Shown here: positions 8,869-17,369 of the stretch, one piece after another
How positions within the stretch are numbered: the first letter of the stretch is position 1
Layout of the letters: each line of letters begins with the position of its first letter
Virus record (IMG/VR): IMGVR_UViG_3300021185_001174
Coordinates: 56,811-120,810 of that record
Strand: one strand, 5' to 3'
Origin: a virus
Length of the DNA: 64,000 nucleotides
Program-made: the position numbers and the translations under genes
The notes under the pieces: model-generated
What the model saw: only the letters and a program-made list of their open reading frames with translations
Told to the model about the DNA's origin: nothing
Databases searched by the model: none

Positions 8869-8905
8869 AATATAGTTTCTCCAATTAATTACTTTCTATA
8901 CTACT

Positions 8906-8934
8906 ATTATACTACGCATAAGAGTGCTTGTAAA
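8906..8934 (-). promoter_or_regulatory. Early promoter
   Basis: TTTACA-N17-TATAAT. Confidence 0.85.
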
Positions 8935-8950
8935 GTGTTTTGTTAAACTT

Positions 8951-8974
8951 TTTTGTTACAATTGTGTTACATTT
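8951..8974 (-). repeat. TGTAAC direct repeat with 11-bp period (putative operator), copy 1
   Basis: Minus strand reads AAATGTAACACAATTGTAACAAAA; near-identical to 31711-31734 on the plus strand. Confidence 0.55.
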
Positions 8975-8995
8975 TATAACATTTAGTTATAAGAA

Positions 8996-9071
8996 TGGTG
9001 GAGCTGGAGGGAATCGAACCCCCGACCTTCTGGTTGCAAACCAGACGCTCTCCCTACTGCGCTACAGCCCC
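8996..9071 (-). tRNA. tRNA-Ala(UGC)
   Basis: 76 nt cloverleaf. Anticodon arm TCTGG-TTTGCAA-CCAGA, TTCGATT T-loop, G3:U70 pair, encoded CCA. Confidence 0.97.
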
Positions 9072-9077
9072 ACTCTT

Positions 9078-9734
9078 TTAAACTACATCATCAACTGGGA
9101 AAATTTTATAGATAATATTACCAATTTCTTTTGCTATATCCATATGCTCTTTTTGAGTACCATTGGCACTTCTTAGTTCTATATAATGAATCCAAGAGCG
9201 AAGGGTTCCATTAACGTACATACGAGACTTTGTTAATCCCTCAGGTAGTACAGCCCTGGCTTGTTCTTTGGCAATTCCTGCCTCGATAGCCCAATTATAA
9301 GCTTTTTGACATCTTTCTATAATAACTTCTTGATAAGATTCCCATATATAATTAATGGACTCATCAAGGTTTTCAATAGAATTCTGTCTGTTCTTTTTAT
9401 CTTGCATTCTCGCTTCTCTTGTAACAAAACTTAAATCTTTTGTTGGGTCAGCATATCGCTGTGAGAATTCTTGGAAGGAGAAAGACCTATGGCGAAGTAT
9501 TTGTCTTGCAATGTCCCTAGTTGTATCTATCTCCATACATACACTTACCATCTCTAATGGGCTCCAGTGTTTGTGCTTAATTAAATACTTTACTAGTTTC
9601 TCTGAAGTTTCTTCATTGCTCTGATTACTAGGATTAGATACCCTAGCGCAGTAAGCGACCATCTGCAAGAGGTCGGGACTTAACTCGACCTCCGCAGGTG
9701 GCTGCGAATATGATATAAGTTTCACGTCAAACAT
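9078..9734 (-). CDS. thyX: Flavin-dependent thymidylate synthase
   Basis: RHRSFSFQEFSQRY ThyX motif. Confidence 0.97.
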   Translation of the reverse strand: MFDVKLISYSQPPAEVELSPDLLQMVAYCARVSNPSNQSNEETSEKLVKYLIKHKHWSPLEMVSVCMEIDTTRDIARQILRHRSFSFQEFSQRYADPTKDLSFVTREARMQDKKNRQNSIENLDESINYIWESYQEVIIERCQKAYNWAIEAGIAKEQARAVLPEGLTKSRMYVNGTLRSWIHYIELRSANGTQKEHMDIAKEIGNIIYKIFPVDDVV

Positions 9735-9737
9735 ATT

Positions 9738-9917
9738 TTAGTCACTCTTTACCAGTGTATAAATTCCCCATCCAAGGCCTAACCAAGCAAGTAGCTTAGC
9801 AATACCACCGAATAAAATAACTGAACCACATAGTACAATTAGTCCGATACCATCTAATGAGGTTCTTTCTTTTAGTCTATCTAGTGACCAGTCTTTTAGT
9901 TTAAGTAACATATTCAT
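9738..9917 (-). CDS. Small two-helix membrane protein (59 aa)
   Basis: Hand translation MNMLLKLKDWSLDRLKERTSLDGIGLIVLCGSVILFGGIAKLLAWLGLGWGIYTLVKSD; GGAG RBS. Confidence 0.7.
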   Translation of the reverse strand: MNMLLKLKDWSLDRLKERTSLDGIGLIVLCGSVILFGGIAKLLAWLGLGWGIYTLVKSD

Positions 9918-9926
9918 ATATTTCTC

Positions 9927-11318
9927 CTATATTTTAAATTCAGCAAACGTGTCTTTATTCTCTCTATCACCCCACGTTGCAATTGGTTTATCTGGCACAA
10001 CATCTGTGATAATGTCTTGTTGTGCACTTTCTTCTACATCAAATAATTTCATTCGGCTCCTATCAATACCGACTACAAATCTTTTATATTTGGTCGGGTC
10101 ATTATAACGATTTTTCAATTGTTTTACCATGAGTTGGCCTAATTCTTCTAGTTCCTCTGTTGATATAAGAGCAAACATAAGGTCAGCCGTAGCAGGAAGG
10201 CCGAATGATTCTGATGTGTCTTCAAGACCGACATCCGTATTACCAAATCCTGACCTGGTAGTTTGGGTAGCCGATACTATCGGAACATTAAACTCTACAG
10301 CAAGACCACGCAGTTCTTCTGCAATGGCTTTGATGTAAGAGTAACTATTTATACTTCCACCCAGCCCTTTCATACGACTTGATGAACAAATATTCAAGTA
10401 GTCAATGTATATCATATCTGGGTTAAAGTTCTTTTTCATCTTAAGTTCATTAAGAAGAGCCCTAAAGTGACCTGTATGAGCAGCACCTGTAGGGTATTCT
10501 TTGATAATAAGTTTACCGATAGATGCCTGAGCAATCTTTTGTATCTTACTATCGAAAGTTGATTTGTTAATTCTGGCAAGTTGTTCTATTGGTAAGTCCA
10601 TTAGATTAGCATCGATACGTTCAGCAATTCTTTCTTCAGCCATTTCCATGGTGATGTAAAGTACATTCTTGCCTTGTTGTAATACCGATGCCGCACAATG
10701 ACACATGAATAGAGACTTACCCACACCTGTTCCTGCCAAAGCAATGTTCAAGGTTTTATTGGGTAAGCCTCCCTTCGTAATCTTATTAAAGTAATCTAGG
10801 TCAAAGGGTGTTCTATCTTCTTTTGTGTTGTAGAAATCAAATCTTTCATCTGAGTTGTCAATGTAATCATGACCAATTGCCTGGTCGAATGATACACCGA
10901 GAGCATTAGAAAGTATTTCTGGAATAGCACCTTCTGATTGTTCAGCATCTTTGCCATCAATGATACCGATAGAATTCATAATGGCGAGATAGACTGCCCT
11001 ATCCCTACACCACTTTTCGGATTCTTTAATTAGATAATCTGTATCTATTTCTTCATGGACTTGAATAGCCTTTACCAACTGTGATGATGCATTGAGCAAA
11101 TCATCATGAGCACTTGTCTTTCTTAGTTCTAGTTCTAATACACTTGGAGTTGGTAACTTATTATGTTTTCCAACAAAAGCAGTAATTAAACTAAATACTG
11201 TTCTATGCTCACCCTCAAAGTATTCGGGTTTAATATACGGAATAACTCGTCTACAATAACTCTCGTTATTAAGTAAGTTGCTCAGTATGTGTGTCGGTAG
11301 TTGGTGTTTTATATCCAA
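9927..11318 (-). CDS. gp41: Replicative DnaB-like helicase
   Basis: LAGTGVGKS Walker A, YIDYL, SATQTTR and KQLKNRY; T4 synteny. Confidence 0.97.
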   Translation of the reverse strand: MDIKHQLPTHILSNLLNNESYCRRVIPYIKPEYFEGEHRTVFSLITAFVGKHNKLPTPSVLELELRKTSAHDDLLNASSQLVKAIQVHEEIDTDYLIKESEKWCRDRAVYLAIMNSIGIIDGKDAEQSEGAIPEILSNALGVSFDQAIGHDYIDNSDERFDFYNTKEDRTPFDLDYFNKITKGGLPNKTLNIALAGTGVGKSLFMCHCAASVLQQGKNVLYITMEMAEERIAERIDANLMDLPIEQLARINKSTFDSKIQKIAQASIGKLIIKEYPTGAAHTGHFRALLNELKMKKNFNPDMIYIDYLNICSSSRMKGLGGSINSYSYIKAIAEELRGLAVEFNVPIVSATQTTRSGFGNTDVGLEDTSESFGLPATADLMFALISTEELEELGQLMVKQLKNRYNDPTKYKRFVVGIDRSRMKLFDVEESAQQDIITDVVPDKPIATWGDRENKDTFAEFKI

Positions 11319-11622
11319 TCTGGGCCTCTCTTGTTTCTAGTGACTCTGTTACTATATGTTGTAAAAGAGCACCAAGGTAATCATTAAAATCAGGGTCTTT
11401 CTGTAAAGTATCTATATCGTGTTCATCTGGGTCTTGAATGTTATAGGTAAATGAAAGTTTTGCCATATCTTTTACAGTATCTTCTTTAATAGATACTTTT
11501 CCAAATACAAACACAACATCTTTCCATTTACCAGTTTTAATTCTTATCCCATAAAAATCAGATAGTTCACCAGCTTCCTGTTCCACTAAAGTATAATCTT
11601 TATTGGTTATATTATACTCCAT
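11269..11622 (-). CDS. gp40: Head vertex assembly chaperone-like protein
   Basis: 117 aa, located between uvsX and gp41 exactly as T4 gene 40. Confidence 0.6.
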   Translation of the reverse strand: MEYNITNKDYTLVEQEAGELSDFYGIRIKTGKWKDVVFVFGKVSIKEDTVKDMAKLSFTYNIQDPDEHDIDTLQKDPDFNDYLGALLQHIVTESLETREAQIGYKTPTTDTHTEQLT

Positions 11623-11623
11623 T

Positions 11624-12679
11624 TTACTCTTCCTGTAAAGTGGTTTCTAAATCTATTTCTAATAAAGGCTTATGACCAATTTGATAATAAGACTTAATGA
11701 ACTTAGCAAAGTCCGTACCTGTTAAGATAGGGTCCCAGAATTCTTTAGTAAGAGTATCTTTCTGTCTTACTTTAGGCTGTACTATTTCACCTGTTGATTG
11801 GTCTACTCTAGCATACCAACCCATAGTTGGTTTAACCACATAGTTACCAGCCAAGGCAATTTCTAGTAGGCCTGAATACTGTTCGATTCCACCTTCCCAT
11901 GATACTGATACTGGAATCTTTGATTTCTCTTTTACAAATCTTGACTTCTCTACATTAATAATAAAGTCATAACCTGTAACATCAGAACCAGTTTTATTTT
12001 GTCTACGTCCTAGAATCCAAATGTTATCAGCTGAGTAGTAGATACCCGTACCGCCTGATACGATAGCTTTAGGGAAGAGACCAATCTCTTGGTAAGTATG
12101 ATTAACTGCAAGTAGTGGTACATTTTTCATAGTAAGATATGGAGTAACCATTCTGAAAAGTCCTTTCAAAGCCTTAGCCCTGGACATATCAGCAACACCT
12201 TTTTCATTTAAGGCATCTTCTAGTTCTTTCTTAGATGCAAGGTTACCAATAGAATCAATCACAATGATAACTTTATCACCACGTTCGATATTATCTAGCT
12301 GACCTACTAAATCAAACTTAAGTTGTTCCACATCTGTAATTGGTGTATGTAATACTCTATCAGTATCAATACCAAATGCCTCGAAATATGATTGAGGCGA
12401 ACCAAACTCGGAATCATAGAATAACATTACTGCATCATCGTGTTCCTTCATATAGGCACCAGCCATGAGTAGAGCAAAACTTGTCTTAAAGTGTTTACTA
12501 GGGCCAGCCAATACAGTTAGTCCTGATGTAAGACCACCATCAATATCACCCGATAAGGCGACATTTACCATAGGTACTTCTGTTGGTACCATATCTTTTT
12601 CTGTAAAGAAAATCGATTTAGATAAGACTGATGTTGTCTTAATCTTCGAATTCTTTTTTAATTTATCCATTACTGACAT
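11624..12679 (-). CDS. uvsX: RecA-like recombinase
   Basis: AGPSKHFKT Walker A, IVIDSIGNL and VSGGTG. Confidence 0.97.
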   Translation of the reverse strand: MSVMDKLKKNSKIKTTSVLSKSIFFTEKDMVPTEVPMVNVALSGDIDGGLTSGLTVLAGPSKHFKTSFALLMAGAYMKEHDDAVMLFYDSEFGSPQSYFEAFGIDTDRVLHTPITDVEQLKFDLVGQLDNIERGDKVIIVIDSIGNLASKKELEDALNEKGVADMSRAKALKGLFRMVTPYLTMKNVPLLAVNHTYQEIGLFPKAIVSGGTGIYYSADNIWILGRRQNKTGSDVTGYDFIINVEKSRFVKEKSKIPVSVSWEGGIEQYSGLLEIALAGNYVVKPTMGWYARVDQSTGEIVQPKVRQKDTLTKEFWDPILTGTDFAKFIKSYYQIGHKPLLEIDLETTLQEE

Positions 12680-12939
12680 TATCTTTTTCTCCTGCCGTGT
12701 TGCGTCTGTTCTTGCATACGCTGTTGTTTTCTTGAACGTGCGATGGCTTCGGCCTTCTTACGCTTTCTCTTTGCAGTTGGTTTCTCATAGAACTCCTTCC
12801 TGCGTACATCCTGCAGAGTACCAGCCCTCTCAACTGCTTTTCTAAACTTTCTTAGAGCAACGTCAAACGGCATTGGTTTCTGTGGTCTTTTATCCTTAGG
12901 ATTTCTTGGTTTCCTAGGGGTTAAATCTATTGATGGCAT
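12679..12939 (-). CDS. rpsU: 30S ribosomal protein bS21 (phage-encoded)
   Basis: [37 protein letters not shown] aligns with E. coli bS21 [37 protein letters not shown]. Confidence 0.93.
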   Translation of the reverse strand: MPSIDLTPRKPRNPKDKRPQKPMPFDVALRKFRKAVERAGTLQDVRRKEFYEKPTAKRKRKKAEAIARSRKQQRMQEQTQHGRRKR

Positions 12940-12966
12940 ATATTCTCCTGTTTTAATATTAAGTAT

Positions 12967-12995
12967 ATTATACTACAAATCACTTCGATTGTAAA
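12967..12995 (-). promoter_or_regulatory. Early promoter (rpsU-uvsX-40-41 operon)
   Basis: TTTACA-N17-TATAAT. Confidence 0.85.
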
Positions 12996-13408
12996 GTGTT
13001 TTCTTCAACTCTTTTTCTTAAATTAGATGTTGAAAATCTGTGGTCTCTTTTGTTAAAGTAAAAATCTATATCTCTTTGCTTACATAGTTCTCTACCAGTA
13101 AAGTCTTTATCCCTGTATTCTTCGCCCATTATCTTAACATCTATATGATACATTGCAAGGATATCTAGTAGCTCTTCTTCTGTATTATATACTAAAATTT
13201 CATCAACATATTTAATGGCGGCTAGTTGCGCTTGGCGTTCGACAATATTTTGAATGGGTTTGTTTTTCTCTGGTCTATCTACCGATGGGTCATTTTGTAA
13301 TGCACATATTAAATAATCACATGCGGTCTTTGCTTCTCTTAACATTGCAACATGACCACTATGTAATAAGTCAAATGTGCTGCATGTAAATCCTACTCTT
13401 TTCTTCAT
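12980..13408 (-). CDS. TagD-like (glycerol-3-phosphate) cytidylyltransferase
   Basis: GFTCSTFDLLHSGH (HxGH), IKYVDEI and RFSTSNLR. Confidence 0.85.
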   Translation of the reverse strand: MKKRVGFTCSTFDLLHSGHVAMLREAKTACDYLICALQNDPSVDRPEKNKPIQNIVERQAQLAAIKYVDEILVYNTEEELLDILAMYHIDVKIMGEEYRDKDFTGRELCKQRDIDFYFNKRDHRFSTSNLRKRVEENTLQSK

Positions 13409-13851
13409 ATTTGTTCCAATTCTATTTTACACTTTTCTAAAAAGGGTCTTCCATAACCCACGTTAGCTTTATAATCTTCTTTATAATATACTTTTTTAAT
13501 ACCCGATTGGTGTATTAACTTAGCACAATCTATACAAGGCATGGCAGTACAGAAGATTTCGGCACCCTCTGTAGATTCATTTGACCTTGCAACTTTAGAT
13601 ATAGCATTTGCCTCTGCGTGGAGGACTTCGGGTTTTGTAGTGAGCTCATATACTGGAGTTCTATTTCCATAATCATGGATATCCTTAGTCTCACATACAT
13701 TATCCCAACCAGTAGGCATTCCATTATATCCTATAGATATAATCCTATTATCCTTTACTATAATAGAACCTACTTTTTTTCTTTTGGCATGACTTAAAGC
13801 CGCAAATGTCTCTGCGACTTCCATGAATGCTTTCTTAAATTTATTTTTCAA
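13405..13851 (-). CDS. cd: dCMP deaminase
   Basis: HAEANA and PCIDC zinc motifs. The true start is probably the TTG at 13851 overlapping the upstream stop, not 13944. Confidence 0.93.
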   Translation of the reverse strand: MKNKFKKAFMEVAETFAALSHAKRKKVGSIIVKDNRIISIGYNGMPTGWDNVCETKDIHDYGNRTPVYELTTKPEVLHAEANAISKVARSNESTEGAEIFCTAMPCIDCAKLIHQSGIKKVYYKEDYKANVGYGRPFLEKCKIELEQI

Positions 13852-14260
13852 CGTAAATAATGCCTTGCTCATTGAGAGCTTTACGGTTTGCCATATGGTG
13901 GTTTTCTGTTTCTTCTTTATTGCCACCATAGTATGGGACAGCATGATTGTTATTAATCATGGTTTGATTAACTGAAGTTTCTAATCCATCTATAAAGAGT
14001 TCACCTAAAATTCTACCGAACTTGCCTTTGTCGTGGGATACTAGTTGGATTTTCTTATCTTTTAAGATACTTTCTAAGAAGTATTTAGATTGTTTACCAT
14101 AAAACTTTTCTTCTAAGTCTCTGGTTCTGGATTCTGGTGTATCAATTGCCATCATTCTAACTCTTTGCTTTCTTAGCATAGTGCTGAAACCTAAATCAAT
14201 ATCTACATCGACAGTATCTCCGTCAACTACTCTGGTTATATAAACTCTGTATCTATACAT
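13841..14260 (-). CDS. Thermonuclease (SNase-like)
   Basis: RVVDGDTVDV, RMMAIDTPES and KFGRILG. Confidence 0.9.
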   Translation of the reverse strand: MYRYRVYITRVVDGDTVDVDIDLGFSTMLRKQRVRMMAIDTPESRTRDLEEKFYGKQSKYFLESILKDKKIQLVSHDKGKFGRILGELFIDGLETSVNQTMINNNHAVPYYGGNKEETENHHMANRKALNEQGIIYVEK

Positions 14261-14513
14261 TTAGTACCGCCCTAATGAACGACTCATCAATAATAGCACC
14301 ACCTTTACCTTCTACATCAACTGCCATAGCTTTATCCCATTGTAAGAATACTCTATCACCTTTTGCTACATCTGTAACATTAGGGCCGACAGCCAAAACT
14401 AGGCCAGGTTTACTACCCTTTGTAATTGCCTCTGTTAATATAATACCACCTGATGTAGTATTTTCTTTTTCTGTTTCAGTAACTAGTACATTACTGCCAA
14501 TCATTTTAATCAT
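14253..14513 (-). CDS. groES: GroES-like co-chaperonin (gp31 analogue)
   Basis: TTSGGIILT mobile loop and GLVLAVGP. Confidence 0.88.
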   Translation of the reverse strand: MIKMIGSNVLVTETEKENTTSGGIILTEAITKGSKPGLVLAVGPNVTDVAKGDRVFLQWDKAMAVDVEGKGGAIIDESFIRAVLNV

Positions 14514-14522
14514 TTATTTCTC

Positions 14523-14759
14523 CTAATATCTAAATGAACCCATAAATTTGGGTCCTTTGGTTATAAATTCCATACCAGCTTTGGAGCCGACATATACTTG
14601 ATGTTTTGAATTATATCTTAAATACACTTCAATCTTACCTTCGAATAATATTTTACATAGGTCTTTAGGTTTGAAAAAAGATACATCTGCCTCCATAGTC
14701 TTACCATTATCGGTACAGTCTACTTGACATATTGATTCGTATTGTTCATTAATTTCCAT
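14523..14759 (-). CDS. Hypothetical protein
   Basis: 78 aa ORF with GGAG RBS; TATAAATA at 14769-14776 just upstream. Confidence 0.7.
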   Translation of the reverse strand: MEINEQYESICQVDCTDNGKTMEADVSFFKPKDLCKILFEGKIEVYLRYNSKHQVYVGSKAGMEFITKGPKFMGSFRY

Positions 14760-14767
14760 GTGTACTC

Positions 14768-15274
14768 CTATTTATAAAATATATGATTGTCAATAGTAAC
14801 AACTTCTGTTAGATATGGTGCCCAGTAAGGTGATACAAAGTCTGCATGATACCATAGAGAGCCACTTGTAATGTCTGGCATTTTTCCAGATATAACTAAG
14901 TCTGCGATATGTAACGATTCCATCCATGTAGTTGAATCTGTAGGTTCATCCGACTTACCATCGCAGTACCAACTGAACTGACATTTATTTCTAATAGGAA
15001 CCATATTACCTTTCCAGTTCTCTCTTAATTTAGCTTGATATACTACATCACATATAGTACTAGGAAACTGTGCATCATTTGACCTATTAACTGCCACATT
15101 GGCAACTGCAACTCTTCCAGCAAATGGTTGATTGGCTGATTCAAAATAAATGTTTTGAGCTAGACAATATCTTTCTCCGTTTTCATCAGAAGCAGCAAGT
15201 GTTGGTACTAATAGAATTAAACATACTATTGCCGCAATCCATAAACTTATATTTCCGTAGTTGGGTGATTTCAT
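14768..15274 (-). CDS. SleB/CwlJ-like cell wall hydrolase with N-terminal signal or TM segment
   Basis: CLAQNIYFES, FPSTICDVVYQ, CQFSWYCDG and YHADFVSPYW. Confidence 0.92.
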   Translation of the reverse strand: MKSPNYGNISLWIAAIVCLILLVPTLAASDENGERYCLAQNIYFESANQPFAGRVAVANVAVNRSNDAQFPSTICDVVYQAKLRENWKGNMVPIRNKCQFSWYCDGKSDEPTDSTTWMESLHIADLVISGKMPDITSGSLWYHADFVSPYWAPYLTEVVTIDNHIFYK

Positions 15275-16122
15275 AATTTCTCCATTATATATTTTTGTAA
15301 AGTATTCTTTGGTTTCCAGCCTAAGTCAATTACCTTTGCTGTCTTAAGTTCTCCATTTAATCTATTACCTGCTTTCTCTGGTAGCATTTCTGGTTGAACT
15401 TTAAGATATGAAACTAAATCTAGTATTGAATGTTGTTCTGGTGAACCAATACCATAGTTATCTCCACTACCTTTAAATGCGGCAAGTATAATACCCTCTA
15501 CAATATCATCAACGTGTGTAAAGTTTCTTACTTGAACACCTGGTGATGTAACAGGTAAAGTGGTTGCACCATCTTTGACCATCTTAAGGAACTTACCAAC
15601 TACTGTTGCGTATTGTCCTTCATTGATTTCATTATCTCCATAGACATTATAGAAGTAAACTATACTGTAATCTAAGCCGAACCATTCTGAATAGTTCTTT
15701 AGTAATTCAGTATTCTGAGCTTTAGTATATGCGTATGGGGAAGCGGCTGATGTATTAGTGGCAAACTTAGTAGATGAACCAGAATAGATTACTTTGGCAT
15801 CCTGATGTTTGGCAAACTTTAGAACTTCTGGGAAGTGTCTTAGGTTATAATCTATTACTTTATCAAAGTCATTAAACGATTGTTCTACTCTTGCATATTC
15901 GCCAAAGTGAAATATATAATCAAAGGTTTGTTCTTGATGTTGTAATGCACCAAATAAGTCCATCGGAGTACCATAGAGATACCAACATCCATCGTGTCTA
16001 TTTGACATCTGACTTGAGTGTCCGTTATCTATTGATACTACTTGATGACCTTCTGATAATAATCTTTTAATTAGATTAGAACCAATAAATCCTTCTCCGC
16101 CTGTTACTAGTATTTTGCTCAT
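15271..16122 (-). CDS. NAD-dependent nucleotide-sugar epimerase/dehydratase (extended SDR)
   Basis: GGEGFIG, YSGSS, YAYTK (YxxxK), FYNVYG and RNFTHVDD. Confidence 0.92.
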   Translation of the reverse strand: MSKILVTGGEGFIGSNLIKRLLSEGHQVVSIDNGHSSQMSNRHDGCWYLYGTPMDLFGALQHQEQTFDYIFHFGEYARVEQSFNDFDKVIDYNLRHFPEVLKFAKHQDAKVIYSGSSTKFATNTSAASPYAYTKAQNTELLKNYSEWFGLDYSIVYFYNVYGDNEINEGQYATVVGKFLKMVKDGATTLPVTSPGVQVRNFTHVDDIVEGIILAAFKGSGDNYGIGSPEQHSILDLVSYLKVQPEMLPEKAGNRLNGELKTAKVIDLGWKPKNTLQKYIMEKL

Positions 16123-16146
16123 AGTTTTACCTTGTTTAATAGATAT

Positions 16147-16175
16147 ATTATACTACACTTTTAAGTGAAAGTAAA
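16147..16175 (-). promoter_or_regulatory. Early promoter
   Basis: TTTACT-N17-TATAAT. Confidence 0.85.
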
Positions 16176-16181
16176 GTCTTT

Positions 16182-17369
16182 TTAATTATTATTGTATATA
16201 TCTCTGGTGTATACTTTTGACTCAATGATATCATCAGACATTCTATTGGTCACGATTATGTCAGATAGCTCGTTGAACTTATCTATGTCATTTTCTATAA
16301 CACAACCTAAAAACTTATCATCTTCAATCATAGGCTCATGAATAATAACTTTGACTCCAGCCTTGGTAAGTCTATCAACAACACCTTGTATGGCTGAACA
16401 CCTATAATTATCTGAACCAGATTTCATGGCTAGTCTATAGATTCCTACTACTGATACATTATCTTTCTGTTGTATCATTCTTGCAATCCAATCTTTTCTG
16501 TTCTCATTCGCGTATACAATACCTTGGATAATCTTGGTAGGAATATGATGCTTTCTAAAATTGGCAAGTAGTTGTTTTGTATCTTTAGGAAAACAGTATC
16601 CGCCATAACCAAATGATGGGTTACTATAACCTCTACCGATACGTGAATCTCCAGTAACACCTTCTATAATAGAATAGGCGTTCATATTATTTGCCTCTGC
16701 GTACATATCTAATTCATTAAAAAATGATACTCTCATCGCGAGGTATGTATTGGCAAAGAGTTTAATTGATTCTGCCTCTTTAGTTCCACATAGATTAACT
16801 GGTGGCGATGGGAAGTTTGGTATAATACATTCATTAATAAGTTTGGCAAACGATTCACCATTGTAACCAATATCACCTACTACAATTCTTTCTGGTCGTA
16901 GACAGTCTCTTAACGCTGTGCCTTCTCTTAAGAATTCTGGAGAGAATATAACTGACTTCGTATACTTCTCTTGCATATCATCAATGAATCCTACAGGTAT
17001 AGTTGACTTAACTACTATTGTGGTTGAACTTTTATCCCAGTCAGCATTATATTCTACTGCATCTCTAATACAACCTTCAACAGTATCTGTGTTAAAGTAG
17101 TTTGTTGCTTCATCATAATCAGTTGGTGTTGCGATGACCACCCAGTCAGCATCTGAATATGCAGTCTTCTTATCCATGGTCGCCTTAAGTGATAACTTGC
17201 CTTCAGCTAGTTCATCCGATATATCTTTATCTTCAATGGTTGATACGCCAAGGTTAATTGAAGCTACTCTTAACTTATCAATGTCTAAAATTGTTACATC
17301 ATGTTTCTTGGCAAACATTACTGCGTTAGCCATACCAACGTAACCCGAACCTACTACTGTTATTTTCAT
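16182..17369 (-). CDS. ugd: UDP-glucose 6-dehydrogenase
   Basis: GSGYVG, KSTIPVG, SPEFLREG and GYGGYCFPKD (catalytic Cys). Confidence 0.95.
   Translation of the reverse strand: MKITVVGSGYVGMANAVMFAKKHDVTILDIDKLRVASINLGVSTIEDKDISDELAEGKLSLKATMDKKTAYSDADWVVIATPTDYDEATNYFNTDTVEGCIRDAVEYNADWDKSSTTIVVKSTIPVGFIDDMQEKYTKSVIFSPEFLREGTALRDCLRPERIVVGDIGYNGESFAKLINECIIPNFPSPPVNLCGTKEAESIKLFANTYLAMRVSFFNELDMYAEANNMNAYSIIEGVTGDSRIGRGYSNPSFGYGGYCFPKDTKQLLANFRKHHIPTKIIQGIVYANENRKDWIARMIQQKDNVSVVGIYRLAMKSGSDNYRCSAIQGVVDRLTKAGVKVIIHEPMIEDDKFLGCVIENDIDKFNELSDIIVTNRMSDDIIESKVYTRDIYNNN

Noticed and set aside
8940-9176. 78 aa plus-strand ORF
   Set aside because: It overlaps the tRNA-Ala gene and the thyX end on the opposite strand.
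13852-13944. N-terminal extensions given by the ORF track for dCMP deaminase (also 26740-26790, 28200-28292, 48095-48115)
   Set aside because: They overlap upstream genes or a terminator; downstream starts with stop/start coupling or an RBS fit better.
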